A stretch of DNA of 47,415 nt, filler included, from Jimgerdemannia flammicorona (taxonomy: Eukaryota), in assembly GCA_003990765.1 (NCBI GenBank). It is 2 parts of 2 records of this genome, joined end to end, with 100 filler letters (N's around TTAATTAATTAA, not from the genome) between each part and the next. Parts side by side here need not be neighbours in the genome. Positions count along the whole stretch, not along the records: positions 23,766 to 47,415 come from RBNJ01001083.1; 1 more part is not named here. One strand, given 5' to 3'. The position numbers and the translations under genes were made by a program. Numbering within the stretch: the stretch's first letter is position 1; every line of letters starts with the position of its first letter. The notes under the pieces were generated by a model. It was not told the DNA's origin. It saw only the letters and a program-made list of their open reading frames with translations, and ran no database searches. Below are positions 37,261 to 47,415 of this stretch, in pieces.

Positions 37261-38522
37261 ATTTCTTCTTTATCATCACTGTTCTCTAGAAGGGCTGGTG
37301 ATTTGTCATTCTCTTTCTTCTTTTCTTATCTTGCTTATTTCTTAAGAGTCTTCTATCTTCTTTCATAATAGATTTTCTTGATTCTATGAGAGCAGACTCC
37401 TTATAGTATATATCCTTCAATAATCCTTTTATATCATTCTTCTTTACTGATCCATTTAACTTTCTTCTTCTTTTTCTAAATAGTTACATGTAGGCTTCTT
37501 CTTGCTCACTTTCTTCTTCCTCTATCTTAGACAGCACTTCTTTATTAATATTGATGAGAATTCACATCTTCTGATCTCAGTAGATGATCTATATCTTTTG
37601 GGCATTGAGGTTAATTATTGCTCTGGCTTTATGAAGCCATTGGCTGCTGATAAGAATATCATATATAGTTAGTAGTATTGGTTACAATTATATCTACTAG
37701 GATGGTTGCTCCTCCAAACTTGATGGGAATATCTTGGATCTTTTTCAGAGATATGGCTCTTATACCATCTGCTGTGACAAATACTAATTTGATTATTTTT
37801 TCAACTTTCCAACCTAAGCAGTCTACTGCTTTCTTACTGAGGAGACATCCTTCTGCTCTAGTAGCAATGATGGTCTCAAAGATTCTATCTTTGATTTGAC
37901 AGATTGCATAGGCAGATGTTTTGTAATTATCTTCACTCTCTTCTCTTAAGTCTTCTTGAATATTGTTTGCCTTAGTTATCTTCTATCTTTGCTCCTTAGT
38001 TGTCTCAGCAAGTTCATATCTCATTTACTGTCTGAATGTAGGTATTTCTGCCAGCTGACCAAAGGTTGTATTGATCTTTTATTAACTGAGATCCTTGAAG
38101 ATATCATACTTGAAAGTCTTGGTCTTGCAAAGCTTTTTCTCCTTTTCTCCTTTACTGGCTAAGATAGTTTCTTAGATGATATCTTGGATAGCTTGTTCTA
38201 ATACTATATTTTAATCTGTTTCTTTATCTTGACTTTTATAGCAGTTTCTATCTATTTTTCTATAGGGTTTTTCTTGGGTCTTCCTAGTAGTCTCTTGTAA
38301 GATTGCTTGTGGACATCTTTCTTGATAGTCTGTACAGAGTATACCTCTTATTCTTCTTTATCTAATTCTTCAATCTCTTCAAAGGTGATGATATTGGCCT
38401 GTTTCTTGTTTTGAGTAGTATTGCTTAGCTGAGCTTTGTACTTTTTTTTTATTTTTTTTTATTTTTTTTTATAGTCCCTTGGACTCCGTCTTTATTACCA
38501 GTCTATAAATAAGTATACAATA

Positions 38523-41500
38523 TCACCACCCACTAACCGATCCCCATCGGGGGGCCCCACCCCACCTCTTCACATACAAAGACCACCCTCTCACCAACAA
38601 CTCCAACTCTCCCACTACTCTGACCACAGATTTTCACCACCAAGCGGCGCCTCTGACCCCCCTGCAGCCCCCAACCAAGCCACCAGCCTGTCAAGGTATC
38701 CTCCATAAGGAACTGCCACCTAGCTAACTGGTTCCCTAAGCTCTGTCACTTTTTCTCCTCAAATACAAATAGCCAGTGGCCAGCCAGCCCAATCCAAATA
38801 GCCAACACCCAGCCTAGTATAATCCACTCTTCCCCTACCCCTCCTATCAATCGATCCCTCAAGTCCTCCCACCTCCCCCATACATCATCACCCCTATGCC
38901 TTACCCCAAGTGGTCCCCAATGGTCTGCCAAAAGTCTCTCAACACCTCACACTCCCCTAGCCAATGTTCTGGTATCTGTACCAATCCCCCTTCCTGCCCT
39001 ACATTATGGCACTCCTCGCAGTCAAAGTAGCCCCTGACAACAAGGTGTCCTGAGCAGAAGTTAAGCATCACATTCCTCCTTAGCACATGCCACCAGACTA
39101 TCCAGTACTTCGGCGGCATCCAATTTTTCACTATGGCACTCCAGGTCCAAACCCCATACCAGTCCCACTCCTTACCAATTCCAACTCCTTGCCAACCACT
39201 AGGCCACAGATCCTGGCCTGGTCCCCTTTGGCATTCAATGCCATCACTAATGTCGAACTCCAGTAAAGGCATACCTCCCAGAAGAATGCTATCCCATCTC
39301 TACATTGCCAGGCCCCAAGCCCTCTCCCCCTCATCCCCTCACCAGCGAATACCAATATAGTGTGCCCCCTCGGCTATACCCCACCAGAAGCCTTTATATC
39401 TCAGTTGCGCAGTGTTCTGAAGCCCAACTAATGAAAGAAGATCACCAGACAAGCCTCTAGGTGATGTCCTCCTCTCCCATATCTTCTGCAGCAAGGGGAC
39501 CCAGCCCCCTCCATGCAACTCCGCCACCCTCCTCAGCCACCAAGCCCGCAAGCAGTGTAGTCTTTTGGGGAAGTCCACCAGCCCAAGACCACCTCTTGCC
39601 ACTGGTAAGGACAGAGTCTCCCAACCAATCTGACTCCATCTGCCAGCCCAAATCCATCCCTTGGCCACCTTCACCAATCTCTTCACCACCCAGGCTGGGA
39701 AGTCCAGATGATAGGCCAAATACCACAGCTTCAGCAGCCAGTAAACATTCAAAATCGAGATCCTTCCTATCAGAGAGAAGTGTCTACCCCCCCAACCCTG
39801 CAGGTCCTCCTCCCAAATTCCAATCCTCTACTCCCAACACAGCCTGGGCAAAACAGACCCATAGACTGACAAGTAGATGCCCAAATACCATACTACCTCT
39901 CTGGTGGAGACAATTGTTCCAATAACCTCTCTGCCCACCAAGCCATTACCCAGTACCATTGTTTCACACTTGTGCCAGTTCAGCTTTGCCCCAGAGTTCT
40001 CCTCATACCACTCCACTTCTTCTGGAGCTCCTTGACATCTGCAGTCACTCTCAGACCAACCACCATGTTATCCGCAAAGGCTCCAACCTTCCAGCCAACT
40101 CCATAGATAGAGAGCCCCACGATCCTCTGCCGAATCCTGTCCATGAGAGGTTCCAAGGAAAGAGCATACAAAATGGGGGACAGTGGGTCCCCCTGGGGCA
40201 CTCCCCTACCCAGAGGGAAAGCCACCCCTCGATGCCCATTACACATGAGCACAGCCCTACTCCTTTCCAGTAGACTGACCATCGCCGACTGAAATGGGGC
40301 CGGAACTCCAATTCTATCTAATACTTTTGCCAGCCAGACTCGCCACACCCGGTCATAAGCCTTCTCCTGATTCAAGAAGACAAGACACCCATCTAGTCAA
40401 CAGGCTCAAGCACCTTCAATAACTCCATGTACCCAGGCCATGCCATCTCTAATGAGCCGACCCCCTATGAAGCCCCTCTGCTCAACACCCACAATTTGCT
40501 GGGCCACCTTCTGTAGCCTTGCGACCACCACCTTAGTCACCAACTTCCTGTTCATATCTAGCAACATTATTGGCTGCCAGTTCTTCCAATCCTCTTGCCT
40601 TCCCTTGTTCTTATAAAGCAGCATCACCAGTCCAAGGTCTTGCTCCCTCACCCATCTCCCAGACTGCAATATAGAGTCACACAGTGCTGTCAACTCCCCC
40701 AATATGCCCAGGACTCCAACCATATGCTTCCAGAAATCCCAGGAGAGGCCATCCTCCCCAGGCGCCATACCCGAGGCTGTTGCGGCAAGAACCTGGTGGA
40801 TCTCGTCCTCCTTTACAGGCATCACCAGGTCACCTAGTCTCTCAGCTTGTGGTGGGTGCCAATCTTCTAATATTTGGTCAATGGCTGTAGCATCTGCCCC
40901 ACCCTCCTCCTCACTCTATAATCCACTCCATCACACCTTTAGCATTCCAAGGATGTCCTGTACACCATGCACTAGTACATCATCCAAGTCAAGTACCCCT
41001 TCCCACCACTGCTATACCCTTCTCGCTCGAAGTGTCCTTGTGAGAAACTTGGAAGGCCTCTCCCCTTCCTCCACTCCCTGCCAACAAAGCCATGCCACCA
41101 GGCCTTGCACCCTTGACTCTTCCTCTTCCCACAGCACCTGTTGTAGTTCCCCAACCTCCAACCTCACCCTTGTTATTCTCCAATCCTCTTCTCCCTCCAC
41201 TGCTGCCAGTCTTGCCCACTCCTCCAGGAGCCTAGCCAATCTAGTAGAAGCCCAATGCACTTTCTGCCTTCACTGCTTCCCAGCCACTCTGCCAACCTCA
41301 CTCCAATACATCCTGGCCATCTCTTTTATCCTCATCCACCGAACCCCAATCACGGCCCCTTCCTGCCACCAATTCGCCACCTTCAGCTGAATGTCATTCG
41401 CCCACTCCTCCCACTGGACCTCATCATCCAACAAGGAGGAATTCAGGCGCCAATGTCCAGGCCCATCTCTACTTCCCCCAAAACACCCCTGTCCCATGAG

Positions 41501-42187
41501 GCCCCAGTGATCTGACCATGGACACCATTCTACCTCTATCACCTTCCAGACATCGTGGCCCCAACAGTCGGCCATCAGAATCCAGTCAATCCTTGTCCCC
41601 AGACCTCCAGCCCAATGTGTGTATACTCTCCTGTCCCCCCAGTGTACCCTACCAGTATCCACCAGTGCTCCTAGCCTTTCAACCTCCTCTCACATCACTA
41701 ACCCCCCACTCCTACTCTCCGCACCCCGTCCTCCATCAGTTCTATCCAACCATACATCTCGAACCATATTGAAATCTCCTCCCAGCATATCCAACCCAGC
41801 TTCAGCAAGGATCCCACTCTCCAGGAGCCCATTCATCCAATCCACATGCTCCCCCCGCACTGTAGGGCAGTAACAGGAGCCAACTGTGACCGGCTCCCAA
41901 CCTGCTCGAATCCACTCACCCCAGACCAGTCTCTCCCCCTAGCTCCTCACATCCTTTATCTCCCCTCTGCCTTTCCAAACCAGAATCCCAATCTTGCTGT
42001 TCCAAATCGCCATACCACCCCATTCCTTAGTCCATTCCATCCTATCAGCGTCATCCTCGCACCTGATATCCTGCAAGAGGAAGAGATCGGCCTCCAATCC
42101 CTTCAACCAAATAAAAATGTTCCTGAATCTAACTGCGCCCCTTAGCCCATTCATATTCAAAGAAAAAATGTTGGTTGTACTGTTCAT
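38523..42187 (-). pseudogene. LINE ORF2: APE endonuclease, RT and C-terminal domain (disrupted)
   Basis: SLNMNGLRG, LGGDFN, TRIDWIL, WSDH, APGEDGL, EKAYDRV, GVPQGDPLSP, FADN (read as decayed FADD), YLGI, GGLGL. Confidence 0.93.
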
Positions 42188-42216
42188 AATAAAATATGGT
42201 TTATTCTCAATCAATC

Positions 42217-44246
42217 CTACTGCTCCATGCCCCTCTCCTCCTGTGCTGTGTCCAGATTATGTTCAGCCATCACATCCTCCCCTTCAGCCCTCTGAGCCTC
42301 CAGTCCAGCCAACAGCTCATTCATCTCCTCATCAGCCTTCTCCTCAAACTCCTCTCGGTACTCGATGCAAGCCTCCTGCCAAAGCTGCAACCCATGACGC
42401 CTGTTCCAATAGTACTCAGCCTTCTTCCCAGCAACCACCACCAACTCCGCCTCCCTCTTCTTATCTACCTCATACCCTTCCTCCTCCAGATATACCGCGA
42501 GAATTTCCGCCTTCAGCACCATCGCCACTCCTTCCCCTGCAGAATTCTCATCCAGTACTCGTCACCCATCTCATGCAAGTCCACCTCCCCCAGCTCTTCT
42601 GCTGCCAGGTTATTCATCATCTGGCACATCCAAAGTAGGTTCCCCACCTCCTTTCCACCAGGGGTCACTGGCCTCCCTCCATCCACCATCATGGTGTCTG
42701 CTCCCACACTCGCATCCTCATCCCACACCTCCAGGACATCCACCAGTTCCTCCTCCCCTGCCACCACTACTTGGGCCCCATCCAACACCTCCAGAATGAT
42801 GAATTTCACCTGCTGGGTCCCCAGCATCGTCACGTCCTCCCCAGGCTTGTTCCTGGAAGCCGGGCCATGCCTGATTAGAGGGGAAGGGGTGGGGGAGTTC
42901 TCCCAGCCGTCATCCCAAACCTCCAAGGTACCGCCAGCATATAGGTCACTAATCTTTACCTCCTTAGTCTTCCCTGACTCTGCCCCTTTGTTCCCACTCC
43001 TCTCACCAGCCCAGACACTCGCTCCGGCCCCTTCTGTATCTGTCTTCATGCTTGCATCCTTCTGTGGTCCACCCCCCAGCTTAGCCAGCAAATCCTTCTA
43101 CCTCTTCCGCCCCTGAGCCCTTTCCCACTACACCTTGTCCACTCGAATCCTCTTTCCATCCACCACCTCCAGGAGCGTTGACTCCTCGAAAGTCTTCCAG
43201 GCCTTAGCTCGCCGTTCTATAGCCCCATCCAGCTCCTCCAGCGCTTCCAATAAATCTTCCTCCTCTTCTTCACTTCCTTTCACCCACATCACCTTACACA
43301 GGAAAGCCCCCCAGACCAACATCAAAAGCCAGTCCCTTGCCTTCCCAGTAGTCTCTTTCCCAGCCAGCCGAATCCTCACATCCACATCCCCAGTCCTGAG
43401 TGTGGTCCCTTCCCAGACCCTGAATCCGATATCCACCACCTCTCCATACTCCGCCATGACATCCTCTACTCTCTTCCTCATCTCCATCGCCATCACTATA
43501 GGTACTCCTTTCACCAGCAGTTGGACCACCCTCAGATCCCATTTCAAACACCTCACCATCGGAACATACACCTCCCCCACCACTAACCCAACCTTCAGCA
43601 CCTCCTCCAGCAGTTCCACCTCCTCAAATCCCACCTCCACCCCCTCCAGTCTCTTTAGAAACTTCACCGAAGCTGCTCCCGCCACCTGCTTAGCGATAAG
43701 CCCCAACACCATTTTTGCCGTCACTGCTAAGCCCCGGAAGCACAGCATGACTGTGAATGCCGAGATTGACTTCTTGAGTAATGGAGCCACCGCCAGTCCC
43801 ATTACACCATCCACCAGGTCCCCGGGCCTCGTGCCCTTCTCACTGCTTGGCTCACCATCAGCAGTCCCATCTAGATTTTTTTCCAGATCACCTGTCACAC
43901 CCCCATCAGTAGTCCCTGCCCCAGCCACTACCCCCCCAGCTCCACTCCTATGGCCCTCCAGAGAGGCACCCCCAAGAGGTTGCTGCCTGGAAGCCACCAC
44001 TGGTACCTTCCCCCCTCTCAGCCAGCTCTCCAGTCCAGCTCCCTGCTGACCCCCCTTTATCTTCTCCACAAAGCTCACCCTGCCAGACCCTTGACCTCCA
44101 GCTCTGCCCCCTCTTCCACTATGGCCCCCTGCCAGCAGGCCCCTCATACTTCCCCCCAAGCTGGGGTCTCTCCCCACTTGCTGCCATTCAAATGCTCCAG
44201 GGCCACCCTGCCCAGTATGCACCTCCAGATGCTCGTTGATTGCCAT
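42217..44246 (-). pseudogene. LINE ORF1 (disrupted into three track ORFs)
   Basis: Lies upstream of ORF2. Gly-rich N-terminus, RRM-like VKGVP...YGEVVDI segment, acidic C-terminus. Confidence 0.75.
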
Positions 44247-45282
44247 GATACTAGTAGCTTTTCTCCAGAAACTGTGTTGAAAGTGTTGCCAAAGGGTTGT
44301 GTAATCTGAATGTTACTGGAGAAAGATGGCTGAGCTTTGTACTTAGTCTTACTTATATATTTATATGAGTAGTGACCTTCTTCTCTACAAGTATAGTAAA
44401 TATATCTCTTCTTGTCTGAGGTAGTGGCAAACTTCTGAACTAGGTGGCAGTCTCTTCCTTTAATTTTCTTTATCACATCTCTGAGATAGATAGTTATTTC
44501 AGCAAACTTCTTAGTAAGTTTCTCTATAGGGTTACTATCCCTCTGCTGCTCTGTAGCTCTTGGCTGAGATGTATTTTGATTGATTACTATAGTAGGGATC
44601 ATACTGGTTGTCTTGGGTACTTTGATTTTAACTCCAGTAACTCTTTCTATTATATGGTCTTATGGATATCTAACTATCTAATATTACTAGATATAGATGA
44701 TCTTTTGTAGTAAATCTAGGACTATTGGTAATAAGTGGATGGTTATGACTATCTGGGGTGGACTCCTTTCATAAAGGTTACTTCAGCTACTTGATCTCAG
44801 ATAGTATTAACATAATCTGTAAGGATTATCTTATATCAGATTCTAGTATAGAATATGTTTGAATCCTCACTTATTTCTTAGCATATTGTATTGAGCTGAT
44901 CCTTCAGAGCTTGTTTGATCTCATCAGTATAATAGGTGGTTCAGAACTGGGTCTTCTGTGCTGTTAGCATGATATCATTATTGTTTCCCATATAAGTTGT
45001 AGCTGTAAATACTGCTCTTACTGATCCTTAGAGACTAAAGAGTATAAGGACTATTTGCTGTCTTAATATTAGGGTCCTTACAGTAGCATACTACTTAAAA
45101 TCATTAATAAATATGATGATCAATTCATCTGAAGTATATCTATAGAATACTGGTAATCTCATATCAATCTTGTCTAGATATCTTAGTTTAATTTGTATGA
45201 TTGTTCAGGTGGTAGTAGTTATTTATTATTTAGCTTAAAAGTGAGAGATTTATCTTAAATCACTAGCCAATAGGCACTAAGT

Positions 45283-46109
45283 TATAATAAAGTAAATACA
45301 TAGCTAGATAAGTATATCAGATTTCTGTATCTTGAAAACTTGACCTTCTTTAACTCTATAGAGTCCTTGGAATATAGGAGTGGGTAAGTTCGAAGTATAT
45401 CTGCCTACAAGCTTACTAGTTCCTTTACTTTCTCTTTACTTTGAACTATTTTAATCTGAGGTTTATTTACTCTAGATACTAGAGATATTTATATAAGTTT
45501 ACTAGCTATAAAGTGACTAAGTTATGACTTTTTTTTTTTTTTTTTATAGTTACTTGGACTCCTTTCTTTATTAATACCCATCTATTCCATATAAATACAT
45601 TGAGCCCACCCCTCATCTGATCCTCCTAGGAGGACCCCTCCCCCTCTCACCCCTACTCGATGAAAGGCTACTTTGTCTAATACCATCTCTATCTGCCCAC
45701 CACTCTGTTCACAGATCCTTTCTACCAGACCGCGATGTTACCCACCCTGAGGACCCCAACCCACCCACCACCCAGTCAGCAGATCCCCCATTAACCTCTC
45801 CCACCTTAATAACTTCTCTTATAAACCCATCTATTGCCCCTCCTTGAAAACAAATAGCTGATGACTAAGTTATGACTATATTTCCTATGAGTCACTTTTC
45901 AATATCTGCTAAATCTTTGATGATTGCTAAAACTTTAATATCTGTAAAGTTTTCAATATTTGCAAATACTTTAACATTTGCTAAAACTTTAGTATTTATA
46001 AAATGTCTACTATTTGTAAGGCTATACTATATTTAGAAATTGGATTCAGATACTATGATTAAATGTCTATTTCTCTGATTCTTATTTCTAATTCAAATTA
46101 ACCATCACA
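45283..46109 (-). repeat. 5' LTR of element C (interrupted by a LINE fragment)
   Basis: Colinear with 33253-33733 once 45530-45877 is removed. A degenerate PBS (TAGTGCC, read as TGGTGCC) is adjacent at ~45273-45279. Confidence 0.9.
45530..45861 (-). mobile_element. 5'-truncated LINE copy
   Basis: 16-bp TSD TGACTAAGTTATGACT (45514-45529, 45862-45877). The empty site is visible in the partner LTR at ~33484-33499. Confidence 0.92.
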
Positions 46110-47250
46110 AAATATAGATTAGATAATAATAAAGTATTAGCTATATTAATTATTTTTATTTTATTTTATTTTTTATTTTTTCTTCTACAGTACTGAGTTA
46201 TTATTCTAAATAAAATTTTCTAATTCTTAGATAGCTTAAAAACTAATTAAAAATTGATAAAATTCCATCTTATACTTTCAAATAATTCTTTACTCTACTT
46301 CTTATAATTCTATATACTATAAGCTCTAATATCCTGAATAAATACTATATTATATCTCCTGACCTTTAACTATTGAAATAATTATTATTACTTTACTTTA
46401 TCTCTCAGACTATTGATATTTAGCAATAAGATTCATAGACTATTTATAATAAATAAATAGATAATTAAAAGTCTTTAGTTACTACTGTCTCTCTCTCAGC
46501 TCATTTCTTGATAATATTCTTTTAGTTCTTATAAATTATCTTTTAGATATATTTACTATTCTTACTACTATAAAACTCATTTACTTGTTCAGTTGCTATC
46601 CTTCTAATATTAGCTATTTTGGTCTCATCTACCTCATATCTCTCATCCTTCAGTAGTACTACTATCATTGTTATTATCAGTTTTAGTCCTTATAGTATAA
46701 TATTGAGAAACTCAGCTCATTTATTCTGAGATCTATAAAATATATCAACTATCTTATACTAATTCTCTGATATAAACTTCAGAGACTCTAGTATAGTAGG
46801 TCTCAGAGCTCTGTTCAACTTCTGAAGTACTTCTTTATTTATCAAAATATCAGAAAAGACTTCTACTAATTTATTCTCTTCAGTAGTCTTCTTCAGCTAT
46901 ATAATCTCATCAGTCTCAGAGTACTTCTAGTAAATATTTGCAGCCCTAGCTAGTATATCTAAATAAATTAAATCAATTCAAATTAAATCAAATTAAGGAT
47001 CATTTGAATCAAATCAAATTGGAGATTTTTCAATTTGAATAAAGTTTAAATTAAATTAAGAGTCTAATTTGAATACTATTTTTTAAAATATAATAACTTA
47101 ATGAAAATATGTCCAAATTTAATGATCTTTAACTTATTAGATTTCTCTTATATAGAGAAATCTAATAAGCCAAAGATTATTAAATTTAGATATATTTTTG
47201 TTAAGTTATTATATTTCAAAAAATAGAGTTTGAATTAAATCTCAAATTAA

Positions 47251-47411
47251 TTTTTTTTTTTTTTTTATAGTTACTTGGACTCCTTTCTTTATTAATTCCC
47301 TTCTATTCCATATAAATACATTGAGCCCACCCCTCATCTGATCCTCCTAGGAGGACCCCTCCCCCTCTCACCCCTACTCGATGAAAGGCTACTTTGTCTA
47401 ATACCATCTCT
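47251..47411 (-). mobile_element. LINE 3'-end copy, nearly identical to 45530-45690
   Basis: Poly(T) followed by ATAGTTACTTGGACTCC...TACCATCTCT. Confidence 0.88.
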
Positions 47412-47415
47412 TTTT

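Larger units (their letters stand above)
38444..44328 (-). mobile_element. Full-length L1/Tx1-like LINE (~5.9 kb) inserted in the gag of element C
   Basis: Exact 16-bp TSD GCTGAGCTTTGTACTT (38428-38443, 44329-44344), poly(A) tail, short 5' UTR, ORF1 and ORF2. Confidence 0.95.
33253..46109 (-). mobile_element. Ty3/Gypsy element C, complete but degenerate, with dUTPase and ORF3; hosts two LINE insertions
   Basis: LTRs 33253-33733 and 45283-46109, with a possible 4-bp TSD AAAT. gag ~45162 with decayed knuckle YYTCREEGHYSYKY, protease ~37860, dUTPase, RT VYIDDII (~36150), RNaseH, integrase to ~34290, PPT at ~33735-33743. Confidence 0.93.

Noticed and set aside
41994..44049. Long + strand Ser/Pro/Thr-rich ORFs (214, 306 and 304 aa)
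   Set aside because: Antisense shadows of the G-rich LINE ORF1. The C-rich strand simply lacks stop codons.
44144..44602. 152-aa ORF as a gag-LINE fusion gene
   Set aside because: Chance read-through from the element C gag across the LINE insertion junction.
45621..45634. 14-bp palindrome TCCTCCTAGGAGGA in the LINE tail
   Set aside because: Probably within the ORF2 end. Its differences from the full-length copy are largely transitions explicable by deamination, so evidence for structure is weak.

Overview
Eukaryotic, most likely fungal, DNA. An early-diverging Mucoromycota-like source is inferred from gene style and not proven. The window is two contigs joined by an artificial 100-bp spacer (N44-TTAATTAATTAA-N44, 23666-23765), and most of it is nested, decaying retrotransposons. 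These are the 3' end of a chromodomain-bearing Ty3/Gypsy with a 2.06-kb LTR, a Ty1/Copia relic, three further Ty3/Gypsy elements (A, B, C; A and C carry a dUTPase between protease and RT), one full-length L1/Tx1-like LINE with TSDs, and five 5'-truncated LINE copies. Two intact host genes sit in CpG-rich islands: an 8-exon class I SAM methyltransferase and a four-RRM nrd1/MRN1-like RNA-binding protein. There is also a methyltransferase pseudogene fragment. Main observations: (1) all four Gypsy elements, from two architectures, carry an apparently homologous accessory ORF downstream of pol, and in the chromovirus it lies inside the LTR with its own TATA; (2) repeats show RIP-like, CpA-rich C-to-T hypermutation; (3) the LINE tails share a covarying terminal hairpin; (4) one 18-20 nt poly(A)-signal box is shared by otherwise dissimilar LTRs. 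All alignments and counts were done by eye.
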